Below are positions 10,295-18,984 of a stretch of DNA of 64,000 nt, piece after piece (position 1 is the stretch's first letter; each line of letters opens with the position of its first letter). The translations under genes were made by a program, and so were the position numbers. The notes below the pieces were generated by a model, which worked only from the letters and a program-made list of their open reading frames with translations, ran no database searches and had not been told where the DNA came from. The DNA comes from an uncultured Acidimicrobiaceae bacterium (GTDB taxonomy: Bacteria > Actinomycetota > Acidimicrobiia > Spongiisociales > UBA5794): contig CAYWPC010000006.1 of assembly GCA_964460075.1 (NCBI GenBank), positions 8,711 to 72,710 on the forward strand, given 5' to 3'.

Positions 10295-10842
10295 GAGGGA
10301 AGTCGCTGTTGACTAGGAAGTTGGATACGGTGGAGATTCGACGAATATGTCACGACGAGTGGGAGCGCATCCGCGCCATCAGATTGGAGGCACTTGAGAA
10401 GTCTCCCGGCGCGTTTTTCACCCAACTCGCCGACCTCGAGAGGTTGCCTGATTCGCATTGGCGGCGGCTCGCGCGCGGTGGCGCTGCGGGTGTCGAGCAA
10501 GTCACGATCCTTGGCGTTGAAGATGATCGAACGATCGGCATGGCGGTGGGACTGAAGCCAGGAAACATAGCTACAGACGTCGTGTCCGTGGTCTCTGTGT
10601 TCGTGTCGCAGCCAGCGAGGCGATGCGGCATCGGTTCTGGTCTGCTGTCAGGCGTGGAAGCATGGGCGCGAGATCATGGTGCTTCCACAGCATCGCTCTG
10701 GGTGGTCGATTCGAACGTGGACGCCACGCGGTTCTACGAGTCGGTTGGATTCCGATCGACGTCCGAGCGACGCGAGATCTTGGAGCCGCCCTCTCGGTGG
10801 GAGACGAGGTACTTCAAGGATCTCGCCTTCGCCACCCGCTGA
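10291..10842 (+). CDS. GNAT family N-acetyltransferase
   Basis: 183 aa with an acetyl-CoA-binding-like RRCGIGSGLL motif. It overlaps the preA stop. Confidence 0.6.
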   Translation: MRGKSLLTRKLDTVEIRRICHDEWERIRAIRLEALEKSPGAFFTQLADLERLPDSHWRRLARGGAAGVEQVTILGVEDDRTIGMAVGLKPGNIATDVVSVVSVFVSQPARRCGIGSGLLSGVEAWARDHGASTASLWVVDSNVDATRFYESVGFRSTSERREILEPPSRWETRYFKDLAFATR

Positions 10843-10848
10843 CGGTGC

Positions 10849-11352
10849 TCAGCTGTCCGTTGGAATGGGGTTTGCGAGGCCCTCGACGATCGTGCAGGAG
10901 GGGAGCGACGAGAAGATTCGCGGATCGATCCTCAGCTTGAGATCCCTCGTACCACCGCCAACAACGACCCATGGCTGGTGCGTGACGACGGCATCGACGT
11001 ACACAGAGAGATCGTCCGGTGCACCGAAGGGCGTGACACCGCCCATGACCATCCCTGTCCGATCAATCGTGACCTGTGGGGGAGCGAACGACACCTTTCG
11101 TGCGTTCATGAGTCTTCGTGCAACGCCGTTTACGTCGAGTCTCGTCGTTGCGAGGACGACGAACAGGCCATGTATGCCGAGCGGTCGCTTGCTTGCGAGC
11201 ATGATCGTATTTGCGGATCTCTCAAGGGGGATCTCGTAGTGCTCGCAGAATGCTGCGGTGTCCGCTAGGTCAGGGTCGCACTCCATAGGCTCGAACGTCG
11301 CCCCTGAGGCGGCAACTGCCGCTAAGACTCGGGATCGCAGGTCGTCTGTCAT
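10849..11352 (-). CDS. YbaK/ProX-type aminoacyl-tRNA deacylase domain protein
   Basis: YbaK-like fold ([21 protein letters not shown]...GGVTPFG). The start was chosen at MTDDL, which gives an ATGA overlap with the pfk stop. Confidence 0.6.
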   Translation of the reverse strand: MTDDLRSRVLAAVAASGATFEPMECDPDLADTAAFCEHYEIPLERSANTIMLASKRPLGIHGLFVVLATTRLDVNGVARRLMNARKVSFAPPQVTIDRTGMVMGGVTPFGAPDDLSVYVDAVVTHQPWVVVGGGTRDLKLRIDPRIFSSLPSCTIVEGLANPIPTDS

Positions 11353-12470
11353 GAGGTATCTCCGAAGCAGACTCCGAGTGAACGTGCCGCTCGGACCCAT
11401 GGGTGGTCGATCGGCACCATCTGACGCCTGCCGGCAACGTCGCTCAATGGGATCGACTCGTGACCGTCTGATCTACTGGCGATCATCACGCCGAATTCGC
11501 CGCGGGCGATGGCATCGGTGGCTGCTGTGCCGAGGGTGGTCGCGAGGATCCGATCTGCCGGTGAGGGTGTGCCCCCTCGCTGAACGTGACCGAGGATCGT
11601 GACTCTCGACTCGAGGCCTGTGCGTTGTTCGAGCTCTCGAGCAATGTCAACGGTCGACCCACGAAGGGCGAACGACGCCTTCGACTGTCGCTTTAAGTCT
11701 GCTCGCTGCGTCCCTGTCGCTGCTGCCATTTTGGTCTTCAGGTCTTCGAGACGTGCGGCTACTGAGACGTCTATCGCACCCTCCGCCACGGCAACGATCG
11801 AGAAGGTGCTGCCAGCAGTCCGACGTGCCTTGATTGCGTTGGCGATCATCTCGATCGAATAGGGGATCTCAGGGATCAGGATGACATCGGCGCCACCCCC
11901 AAGTCCCGAACCGAGTGTGAGCCATCCTGCGTTGTGGCCCATGATCTCAACGACGATGATTCGGTGATGGCTGTGGGCGGTCGAGTGCAGCCGGTCAACG
12001 GCCTCAGTCGCAATCTCGAGTGCCGTGTCGAATCCGAAGGACCGATCTGTTCCGAACACGTCGTTGTCGATCGTCTTGGGAAGCGTGACTATTGGCATGC
12101 CGGCGCGGTGGAGTTTCAGAGCGTTCTTCTGTGTGCCGCCGCCGCCGAGGCAGACGAGTGCCTCAAGGTTGTGTGCGTTGAACGTTTCGATCATGACACC
12201 TGTCATGTCCATGACCGTGCCGCCGACGTGCATCTTGTCGACCTTCTCCCTCCCTGTTCCGAGGATGGTCCCACCGTGGGTCAGGATGCCGGATAGAGCC
12301 TCGTCATCGAGACGTATCGATCGGTCCTGCATAAGGCCTCGAAATCCGTCGAGGAATCCGACGACGGTCCAGCCGTGTGCACGGATCGCCGACTTCCCAA
12401 TCGCCCTGATCGCGGCGTTCAAGCCGGGCGAGTCACCACCGGCGGTCAGGATGCCGATGCTCTTGGTCAC
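11349..12470 (-). CDS. pfkA: 6-phosphofructokinase
   Basis: N-terminus [18 protein letters not shown]. Contains the PFK family signature IGGGGT / GGDGS. Confidence 0.9.
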   Translation of the reverse strand: MTKSIGILTAGGDSPGLNAAIRAIGKSAIRAHGWTVVGFLDGFRGLMQDRSIRLDDEALSGILTHGGTILGTGREKVDKMHVGGTVMDMTGVMIETFNAHNLEALVCLGGGGTQKNALKLHRAGMPIVTLPKTIDNDVFGTDRSFGFDTALEIATEAVDRLHSTAHSHHRIIVVEIMGHNAGWLTLGSGLGGGADVILIPEIPYSIEMIANAIKARRTAGSTFSIVAVAEGAIDVSVAARLEDLKTKMAAATGTQRADLKRQSKASFALRGSTVDIARELEQRTGLESRVTILGHVQRGGTPSPADRILATTLGTAATDAIARGEFGVMIASRSDGHESIPLSDVAGRRQMVPIDHPWVRAARSLGVCFGDTS

Positions 12471-12945
12471 TGTGGGCCCCTCCGCGGGTCGATCATGGAC
12501 GTCACACTACATCGGTGACAGATCCCTCAGGACATGGCAGAATGGCTTCACGGAGAAAGGAGGTGGTCCAGAGATGTCTGAAAGTTTCTGTAGGACCCCG
12601 GAGGTGGCCGAGCGCTAGCCCGGCCGGCTGTGTAACAGCGAGGTCGCGCTTTTCGTGAGAGACAGGTGGCGACTTCAACTCGGACCACCGGAACCCGGAG
12701 TACCACACGCAGGTCCCGTGTGGCGTCGGAGACGTCGAGGATGCTCCGGGTTTTCACGCGCCTCGTGCGCGGCTAGATGGACCGGTCGCAGAGATGATTG
12801 CTGTGTGTCTGCACTTTGACGTCTGTGGGGTCGCCCTCCGCCTTGACGCAAGAGCAAGCTCGGCTTCGCGTAGCGTCCTCGCGTAAGGTTCTTGAGTAGA
12901 GGTTGACGCTCCAAACGTCTGTGGTCATGGCAGTAGGATCGAGGC

Positions 12946-13716
12946 ATGGAAATCGATGCATACATGTCCTCGATACGCGCGACAGCAGCTGACATGGTTG
13001 CCGCTGCGAAGCTTGTGGGCCTCAGCGCAGACGTTCCCACATGCCCCGAATGGCGTATGCGAGACCTCATGGTGCACACGGGTGTTGTTCACCGACACAA
13101 GGCTGAGACCGTTCGCGGCAGCTATGTGGCGGCGCCGGGACCACAACCCGAAGGACCCGACGGCGACGTTCTCCAATGGTTCAACGACGGTGTAGGCGAC
13201 ATGTTGGACGTGTTCGCGGAGGCGGACCTTGGTGCTCCCACCTGGACCTGGTGTGCGCACAGCCACAGTGCAAGCTGGTGGGTGAGGCGAATGGCGCACG
13301 AAACGGTGATCCATGCTGCCGATGCGGTCATCGCCGCCGGCGGGGTGCCGAGCGTCGATCCATGGCTTGCGACCGACGGTGTCGACGAGATTCTCGACGA
13401 GATGATGATCGGTGGTCGCCAGTGGGGCACGGTCACCCCGAAGGATCGTGCCGTCACCCTAGAAACGGAAGGGCGCCGGTGGGTTCTTCGCATGGCGACG
13501 TTTTCGGGCACTTCCCCTGACACAGGTACCACGCACACGGGGCTTGACACCTTCGTGTACGGCGGATCCTGTGCGCCGGATGCGAGCGTACGCATTGATC
13601 CCACGACGCTCGATCTGTGGCTCTGGGGTCGCGTGGAGTTACCAGACGATGCCGTCACGGGTGATAGGTCGCTCGTCCGACATATTCGGACCGTTGCAGC
13701 GGCGGCAACCTCGTGA
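12946..13716 (+). CDS. DinB/MDMPI-like (maleylpyruvate isomerase N-terminal domain family) actinobacterial protein
   Basis: Pattern PEWRMRDLMVHTGVVHRH in the N-terminal ~60 aa. The family assignment is tentative. Confidence 0.45.
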   Translation: MEIDAYMSSIRATAADMVAAAKLVGLSADVPTCPEWRMRDLMVHTGVVHRHKAETVRGSYVAAPGPQPEGPDGDVLQWFNDGVGDMLDVFAEADLGAPTWTWCAHSHSASWWVRRMAHETVIHAADAVIAAGGVPSVDPWLATDGVDEILDEMMIGGRQWGTVTPKDRAVTLETEGRRWVLRMATFSGTSPDTGTTHTGLDTFVYGGSCAPDASVRIDPTTLDLWLWGRVELPDDAVTGDRSLVRHIRTVAAAATS

Positions 13717-14324
13717 CAGGTCCCGTCACCGTTCAGGTGTTTCCTTTTCGATCCGATGCAGAGATAGCGCTCGCACGTCTGGCGGCTGACGGTATCAAGG
13801 CGGCCATTCGGGCTGACGACGAAGGCGGGCTCAACCCAGGGTTCTTCAAACGATACGGTGTACGTCTTGAGGTGGATGGCTCCGACCTCGAGGACGCATA
13901 CGAGAGCCTTGGCATTGAACGGGTCACTGTTCCCCAGGAGATTGCAGACGCGATGTTCGCTCACTCGGCGTGGGCCTATCCCGAGGAAGCCTGCGGCCTC
14001 GTCGCCATGGACGGTCACGGTGACGTTCAGATGGTGTTCTGTCTGACGAATGCACACGACAGCGCTCATCGGTTCACGATTGATCCGGCCGAGCATTTCG
14101 GATGTGTCCGCTATGCAGATGAACGCGGTTGGGCGATTGGTGGTGTCTTCCACAGCCACGTGGAATCTGACGCCTATCCATCGCCATTCGACATCGACGG
14201 TGGAGCCGATCCTCTGTGGATCAACTTCATCGTTGGACCGGTGAGCGGTCCACGCTCACGGCTACGTGCCTTCCGCTTCGAAGGCACGTTCGTTGCTGAG
14301 GTTTCGCTTGCGGTCGGCTCGTAG
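13713..14324 (+). CDS. Fusion of an N-terminal DUF2007-like domain with a JAMM/MPN+ (Mec-like) metalloprotease
   Basis: Exact JAMM motif HSHVESDAYPSPFD (HxHx7Sx2D) with an upstream Glu (EEACG). The N-terminal ~85 aa form a separate small domain. Confidence 0.7.
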   Translation: MTGPVTVQVFPFRSDAEIALARLAADGIKAAIRADDEGGLNPGFFKRYGVRLEVDGSDLEDAYESLGIERVTVPQEIADAMFAHSAWAYPEEACGLVAMDGHGDVQMVFCLTNAHDSAHRFTIDPAEHFGCVRYADERGWAIGGVFHSHVESDAYPSPFDIDGGADPLWINFIVGPVSGPRSRLRAFRFEGTFVAEVSLAVGS

Positions 14325-14334
14325 ACTCCCAGCG

Positions 14335-14616
14335 ATGGCCCGGTCTGATCACAATCGAGAGGCGTACCGTGTGCTATTCGGGTACGTCGGCGCTGGGCTT
14401 CAGGCGTTCGCCGTGTTGATGATCGCAATCTCGATTCCTGTCGCCCCATCGTGGGTGATCGCGTTGCTCTTCGGCTTGTTCGTCGTGTCGACTGGCTGGT
14501 CGTGGACGAGGTACCGATCCAACTTCATGATGCCCACGTTCACGGGAACCGCTATGGCGGGCCTGTGGATGGTTGTCGTTGGTCTTGGCGCGATGTTGCT
14601 TGGATGGGGACCATGA
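14335..14616 (+). CDS. Small membrane protein (2-3 TM helices), hypothetical
   Basis: Hydrophobic helices follow a basic N-terminus. The stop makes an ATGA overlap with the next gene. Confidence 0.45.
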   Translation: MARSDHNREAYRVLFGYVGAGLQAFAVLMIAISIPVAPSWVIALLFGLFVVSTGWSWTRYRSNFMMPTFTGTAMAGLWMVVVGLGAMLLGWGP

Positions 14617-15374
14617 AGCTGACCGTGTTGGGATCCAACGCGAGCGCGCCGTCGCGTTCCAACCCCGCCTCGGGGTATCTGCTCGACATTGACGGGTTCA
14701 CCGTTCTGATGGACTGCGGCCCAGGTGTGTTCATGAGGCTCGCTGAGCTGATGGATCCAGGAGCGCTCGACGCTGTGATCCTCTCGCACACGCATGTCGA
14801 TCACTGTTCCGACGTTCTTGCGTTGTACTCCTACCTGGCCTTTGGGATGACTGCTTACAGGTCGATCCCCGTGTATTCGCCGGAAGGCACGAAGGAGCAT
14901 CTCGCTTCGTTCGCCCGTGCTGGGGAAGATCACGTCTTTCACGAGGTGCTCGATGTTCGCGAGCGGGCTCCGGGTCAACGTGCCGATCTCGGCCCGGCCC
15001 AGGTGACGTGGGGAGCGGCTATCCATCCTGTCCCAGCCCTTGTTTCACGGATCGAGGCCGGTTCTGGAACTTTGGTATTCAGTGGAGACACCGGTCCAGG
15101 AGGTGATCTCTTGGAACTCGCTCAAGGTGCTTCCCTTCTGCTGAGCGAGGCCTCCCTCCAGGGCAGACGCGACGAGGACACCTACGGCTTTCACCTCACC
15201 GCGGCAGATGCGGGTGACACTGCCTCATGGGCTGGAGCAGGTGAGTTGGTCCTCACGCACATTCCTGCGAGCCTCGACCCTCGGCTGAGCGTCGAGGAGG
15301 CGGAGGGAGCGTTCGCTGGATTGGTGAGTTATGCCGCACCAGGTACAACATTCGAGATCACGACAATGGGGTAG
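14613..15374 (+). CDS. MBL-fold metallo-hydrolase
   Basis: HTHVDHCSD (HxHxDH) motif. The start MKLTVLGS overlaps the upstream stop. Upstream of rph, as in mycobacteria. Confidence 0.75.
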   Translation: MKLTVLGSNASAPSRSNPASGYLLDIDGFTVLMDCGPGVFMRLAELMDPGALDAVILSHTHVDHCSDVLALYSYLAFGMTAYRSIPVYSPEGTKEHLASFARAGEDHVFHEVLDVRERAPGQRADLGPAQVTWGAAIHPVPALVSRIEAGSGTLVFSGDTGPGGDLLELAQGASLLLSEASLQGRRDEDTYGFHLTAADAGDTASWAGAGELVLTHIPASLDPRLSVEEAEGAFAGLVSYAAPGTTFEITTMG

Positions 15375-15378
15375 GGAT

Positions 15379-16080
15379 ATGAGAAATGGGCGCGAGAACG
15401 ACGGGCTGCGTGCGGTGACGATCACCCGCGGCTACACCGAGATGACACCGGGTTCGGTGCTGATCGAGATGGGCAAGACGAGGGTCCTGTGCACCGTGTC
15501 GCTCGACGATGATGTGCCTCCCTGGATGAAGAAGTCAGGGTCCGGCTGGGTGACTGCCGAATACGCGATGCTGCCCGGTGCGAGTCCCCAGCGCATTCGG
15601 CGTGGATCGGTCAATGGTGGCAGGACCAAGGAGATTCAGCGGCTGATAGGACGATCGCTGAGGGCTGCCGTCGACATGGAGGCGATGGGACCGATCACCG
15701 CCAGGATCGACTGTGACGTCCTGCAAGCCGATGGTGGTACCAGAACGGCTTCAATAACGGGGGCATGGATTGCTCTAGCCGATGCGTTTGACAGGTGGGT
15801 CGCCGACGGCAAGATGCATGCAAACCCGATCATCCGCAACATCGCAGCGATCTCGGTCGGGATTCTCGACGGTGTCCCGATGCTCGATCTTGAATATACG
15901 GAAGATGTCGCAGCGGACGTCGATGCGAACATCGTGATGACGGGAGATGGGGAGCTGATCGAGGTTCAGGGCACAGCAGAGGGTGAGCCGTTCAGTCGTG
16001 GTCTGCTCGATACGATGCTCGACTACGCGCAGTGCGGGATCGCCTCACTGGTGACGATGCAGAACGAGTCGCGTTCGTGA
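15379..16080 (+). CDS. rph: Ribonuclease PH
   Basis: N-terminus DGLRAVTITRGYTEMTPGSVLIEMGKTRVLCTVS. The ATG lies just after the upstream stop. Confidence 0.9.
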   Translation: MRNGRENDGLRAVTITRGYTEMTPGSVLIEMGKTRVLCTVSLDDDVPPWMKKSGSGWVTAEYAMLPGASPQRIRRGSVNGGRTKEIQRLIGRSLRAAVDMEAMGPITARIDCDVLQADGGTRTASITGAWIALADAFDRWVADGKMHANPIIRNIAAISVGILDGVPMLDLEYTEDVAADVDANIVMTGDGELIEVQGTAEGEPFSRGLLDTMLDYAQCGIASLVTMQNESRS

Positions 16081-16670
16081 ATCGCCCACATGGTGTGGTC
16101 GTTGCGTCGAAAAATGCAGATAAGATCGCCGAGGTGGAAGCGGTTCTAGCCGCCCTCGTCCCTTCGATTGTCGTGATTCCTGGACACGTTTGGGAGGATG
16201 TCGACGAGACGGCTGACACGCTTTCAGGTAACGCGCTGCTGAAAGCTCGGGCTGTCGTGAGCGCAACAGGGCATGCTGCGTTGGCAGATGACACTGGGTT
16301 GGAGGTCGATGCGCTTGGTGGAGCCCCCGGTGTTCAGACTGCGCGCTATGCAGGTGAGGGAGCGACATACGATGAGAACGTCGACAAGATCCTCGCCGCG
16401 ATGGTTGGCATCGCGGATCGGGGAGCAAGGTTTCGGACCGCGGTGGCGCTGGTGACGCCAACAGGTGATGAGCTTGTCGTCGAAGGCGTTCTTGAGGGGA
16501 TGATCGCGTTGGAGCGTCGGGGTGATGGTGGGTTCGGCTATGACCCGATTTTCGAGGTCGATACCAGGACACTCGCCGAGATTCCTGCTGATGAGAAGAA
16601 CCGGATCAGTCACCGTGCCCGCGCCCTGCGCGCCCTCGCGGCTTGCCTCTCCGACAGCCCAATCGTGTGA
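16077..16670 (+). CDS. rdgB: Non-canonical purine NTP pyrophosphatase (RdgB/HAM1)
   Basis: VVVASKNADKIAEV followed by the Ham1 fold. It makes a GTGA overlap with the rph stop. Confidence 0.8.
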   Translation: MNRPHGVVVASKNADKIAEVEAVLAALVPSIVVIPGHVWEDVDETADTLSGNALLKARAVVSATGHAALADDTGLEVDALGGAPGVQTARYAGEGATYDENVDKILAAMVGIADRGARFRTAVALVTPTGDELVVEGVLEGMIALERRGDGGFGYDPIFEVDTRTLAEIPADEKNRISHRARALRALAACLSDSPIV

Positions 16671-16717
16671 TGCCCGCGAACCCAGGGTTACAGAGCGGCT
16701 ATCCGACGCTGACAGCC
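16671..16717. repeat. Copy A of a ~47-bp repeat (core ACCCAGGGTTACAGAGCGGCTAT...ACGCTG.CAGCCC)
   Basis: About 85% identical to copy B at 17027-17073 (same orientation) and to the reverse complement of copy C at 18053-18100. Confidence 0.75.
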
Positions 16718-16755
16718 CACTGAATGGCTCCGGATCGGCTGTTCATGGGTGGCCG

Positions 16756-16837
16756 TGCGGGCGAGAGGACTCGAACCTCCACTCCGTTAGGAACCAGGTC
16801 CTAAACCTGGCGCGTCTGCCAATTCCGCCACACCCGC
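16756..16837 (-). tRNA. tRNA-Leu (anticodon TAG)
   Basis: Hand-folded. Acceptor stem GCGGGTG/CGCCCGC; anticodon loop TTTAGGA; long variable arm; T-arm GGTTCGAGTCC. 82 nt. Confidence 0.85.
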
Positions 16838-16883
16838 GTGTAGTCGCTGATTCTGGCACACGATGGCGCCCAGAAACGTGAAA

Positions 16884-16903
16884 GCCCCCGATGAACGGGG
16901 GCT
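16884..16903 (-). terminator. GC-rich hairpin (GCCCCCG-ATGAA-CGGGGGC) between tRNA-Lys and tRNA-Leu. Possible terminator or processing site.
   Basis: Perfect 7-bp GC stem, followed on the minus strand by TTTC. Confidence 0.35.
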
Positions 16904-16908
16904 GCCCG

Positions 16909-16982
16909 TGGGTCGCCTGGGACTTGAACCCAGAACCTACGGATTAAGAGTCCGTTGCTCTGCCAAATTGAGCTAGCGACCC
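16909..16982 (-). tRNA. tRNA-Lys (anticodon CTT)
   Basis: Hand-folded. Acceptor stem GGGTCGC/GCGACCC; anticodon loop CTCTTAA; T-arm GGTTCAAGTCC. 74 nt. Confidence 0.85.
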
Positions 16983-17026
16983 GCCGTGCGATGCTAGCAA
17001 CGCATGCTCTTTAGCGGCCGCTGATA

Positions 17027-17073
17027 GCCGGCGAACCCAGGGTTACAGAGCGGCTATATCACGCTGGGGGCCC
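17027..17073. repeat. Copy B of the ~47-bp repeat. Left inverted-repeat arm flanking the AbiEi/DUF559 gene.
   Basis: GCCGGCGAACCCAGGGTTACAGAGCGGCTATATCACGCTGGGGGCCC. It ends 5 nt before the CDS start. Confidence 0.75.
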
Positions 17074-17078
17074 ACACA

Positions 17079-18023
17079 ATGAGCGAGGGCAGCAGAAGTG
17101 TCAGTGCCGAGAGGCAAAGTGTCAATATGCACCCCGACAGGATTGTCAGTCAGATCGCCGCCAAGCAAGGCGGAGCTGTGACCCGTACGCAGGCTCTCGC
17201 CTCTGGTTTGTCTAAGGATCAGATCACCTACCGCGTTCGTACAAGGCGTTGGAGTCGGCTGGCCGACGGTGCCTACCGAGTGCTCGAGATGGATGGCCGG
17301 TTGAATCTTGCTCGGGCAGCAGTAGCGGTGTTGCCTGGGGCTGTCGCATCGCACTTTTCGGCCGCAGCCATCCACGGCATGGACAAAGTCGACACCCGAA
17401 TGGTTTCAGTTCTTGTTCATTCTCAGACGACACACAATTTCCCCGGCGTGCAAGTCTTTCGATGCCACGATCTCGCCGTGGATCACATCGTTGAACTCAA
17501 CGGGCTGGTAACCACAACGCCAGCTCGGACTGTCGTTGATCTTGCAGCGACCTTGCGCCCGAAGCGCCTCGGCTTCGTTATTGACGATGCTGTTGCAGCT
17601 CAGCGAACCACGCTCCGCCAGATAGAGGTCGTCCTCGATGCGGTTGCGCGCCGCGGGAAGCCGGGAGTGCGTGCGTTGCGGGCGGTGCTCGATCTGAGGC
17701 AAGGGGAAGATCGACCAGCGTCCGTCCTGGAGAAAGCCGGTAACAGACTGCTCAGGGAGGATGGAATTCGAGGCTTCGTCACCGAGTTCCCCCTACCGTG
17801 GTCGCCTCGCAGGCGCTTTGATGTTGCGTTTCCAGATCGTTGTCTTGCTATCGAGTGGGATTCTCGTCGCTGGCATACGCAAGCTGAAGCGTTCGAGCGC
17901 GATCGGTATCGGGACCGAGAGGCCGTCGTCCACGGGTGGCGAGTACTGCGATTCACCTGGGACGATGTTCAGACGCGACCTGAACACGTTCTCGAAACGC
18001 TGTGGGCCGTTCTCGCGTCGTAG
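17079..18023 (+). CDS. AbiEi_4-like N-terminal domain / DUF559 (Vsr-like endonuclease fold) C-terminal domain protein
   Basis: N-terminus: IAAKQGGAVTRTQALASGLSKDQITYRVRTRRW. C-terminus: RFDVAFPDRCLAIEWDSRRWH...RDRYRDREAVVHGWRVLRF. Confidence 0.7.
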   Translation: MSEGSRSVSAERQSVNMHPDRIVSQIAAKQGGAVTRTQALASGLSKDQITYRVRTRRWSRLADGAYRVLEMDGRLNLARAAVAVLPGAVASHFSAAAIHGMDKVDTRMVSVLVHSQTTHNFPGVQVFRCHDLAVDHIVELNGLVTTTPARTVVDLAATLRPKRLGFVIDDAVAAQRTTLRQIEVVLDAVARRGKPGVRALRAVLDLRQGEDRPASVLEKAGNRLLREDGIRGFVTEFPLPWSPRRRFDVAFPDRCLAIEWDSRRWHTQAEAFERDRYRDREAVVHGWRVLRFTWDDVQTRPEHVLETLWAVLAS

Positions 18024-18052
18024 GTCGTTCGCCTTCGTCCTGTTCGTTCGGT

Positions 18053-18100
18053 GGGCTGACAGCGTGATATGGCCGTTCTGTAACCCTGGGTATGAGTTCG
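18053..18100. repeat. Copy C of the ~47-bp repeat, in inverted orientation. Right arm.
   Basis: Its reverse complement, CGAACTCATACCCAGGGTTACAGAACGGCCATATCACGCTGTCAGCCC, matches copies A and B. Confidence 0.75.
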
Positions 18101-18156
18101 GTGTGATTGAACTGTGTCGGTGACGGCGCCGATGCGGTATCTTCGAGGTTTCAGGA

Positions 18157-18230
18157 CGGGCTGTGGCGCAGCTTGGAAGCGCACCTGCTTTGGGAGCAGG
18201 GGGTCGTCAGTTCAAATCTGACCAGCCCGA
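18157..18230 (+). tRNA. tRNA-Pro (anticodon TGG)
   Basis: Hand-folded. Acceptor stem CGGGCTG/CAGCCCG; anticodon loop TTTGGGA; T-arm AGTTCAAATCTGAC. 74 nt. Confidence 0.85.
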
Positions 18231-18240
18231 CTACGAACAG

Positions 18241-18273
18241 CTCCCGCGTTTCGCGGGGGCTTGCTCGTTTTCT
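18241..18273 (+). terminator. Intrinsic terminator-like hairpin (CCCGCG-TTT-CGCGGG) plus a T tract
   Basis: Lies immediately after tRNA-Pro and is followed by TTGCTCGTTTTCT. It could also serve the convergent methyltransferase gene. Confidence 0.45.
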
Positions 18274-18396
18274 GGGTCCATCATCAGATATCCGGCCGCG
18301 ATCGCTCATCTGCAGAGGGCACCGCGATCGTCGGTAGCGACCCCACAGAGCGTCACGCACGGCCTGGTTACCTACTCGATCACGATCGATGCTGCG

Positions 18397-18984
18397 TCAC
18401 GGCCCTGATTTCGTTCCCAAGGCAACAAAGTCGATCGCTGTCGCATCAGCGTCTTTGACGTACCGTTCGCGTTCGCCGAGTTCTCTGATGTCGAGACCGT
18501 CTACCAGGGAGGAGATACGATCTTTTGACCAGAGAATCTCAGGGTACGGGGGCCCTCCGTAGCCCCCGGTGAGGTTCGATAGAGCGTGGCCGACGGCGAA
18601 GAACGTACCGCCCACAGCGACCGAATCGACTGCCCTGCGGAAGGCAGAGGTCAATTCTGGAATCGGGAGGTGTAGGTAGAAGATTACGACAAGGTCGAAA
18701 GTCTTGTCCGGCTGAAATGATGTCGCGTCGGCGACGATCCAATCGACGGACGCATCGCCTGCGAGTTGGCGGGCCTTGTCGATGCCGGCACGGGAGAAGT
18801 CGACTGCCGTAACCGACCAACCTTGGCGTGCAAGCCAGATAGCGTTGCGCCCCTCACCGCAGGCGACGTCGAGGGCTGTCCCTGCCGAGAGCTCTTCGGT
18901 GATCGGTGGAAGAAATATGTTCGGTCCAGCTGACCAAACGAGGTCCGAGGCCCTGTAGCGATCATCCCACATCGTGCTGTCCAT
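18397..18984 (-). CDS. Class I SAM-dependent methyltransferase
   Basis: Motif I LDVACGEGRNAIWLA. Start taken at MDSTMWDDRY. The 354-aa ORF in the track is an upstream extension that overlaps the divergent gene. Confidence 0.7.
   Translation of the reverse strand: MDSTMWDDRYRASDLVWSAGPNIFLPPITEELSAGTALDVACGEGRNAIWLARQGWSVTAVDFSRAGIDKARQLAGDASVDWIVADATSFQPDKTFDLVVIFYLHLPIPELTSAFRRAVDSVAVGGTFFAVGHALSNLTGGYGGPPYPEILWSKDRISSLVDGLDIRELGERERYVKDADATAIDFVALGTKSGP

Noticed and set aside
12025-12618. 197-aa plus-strand ORF across the pfkA 5' end and its upstream region
   Set aside because: Mostly antisense to pfkA and Pro/Arg/Ser-rich. Only its last 14 codons, the RBS-preceded micro-ORF, were kept as a low-confidence observation.
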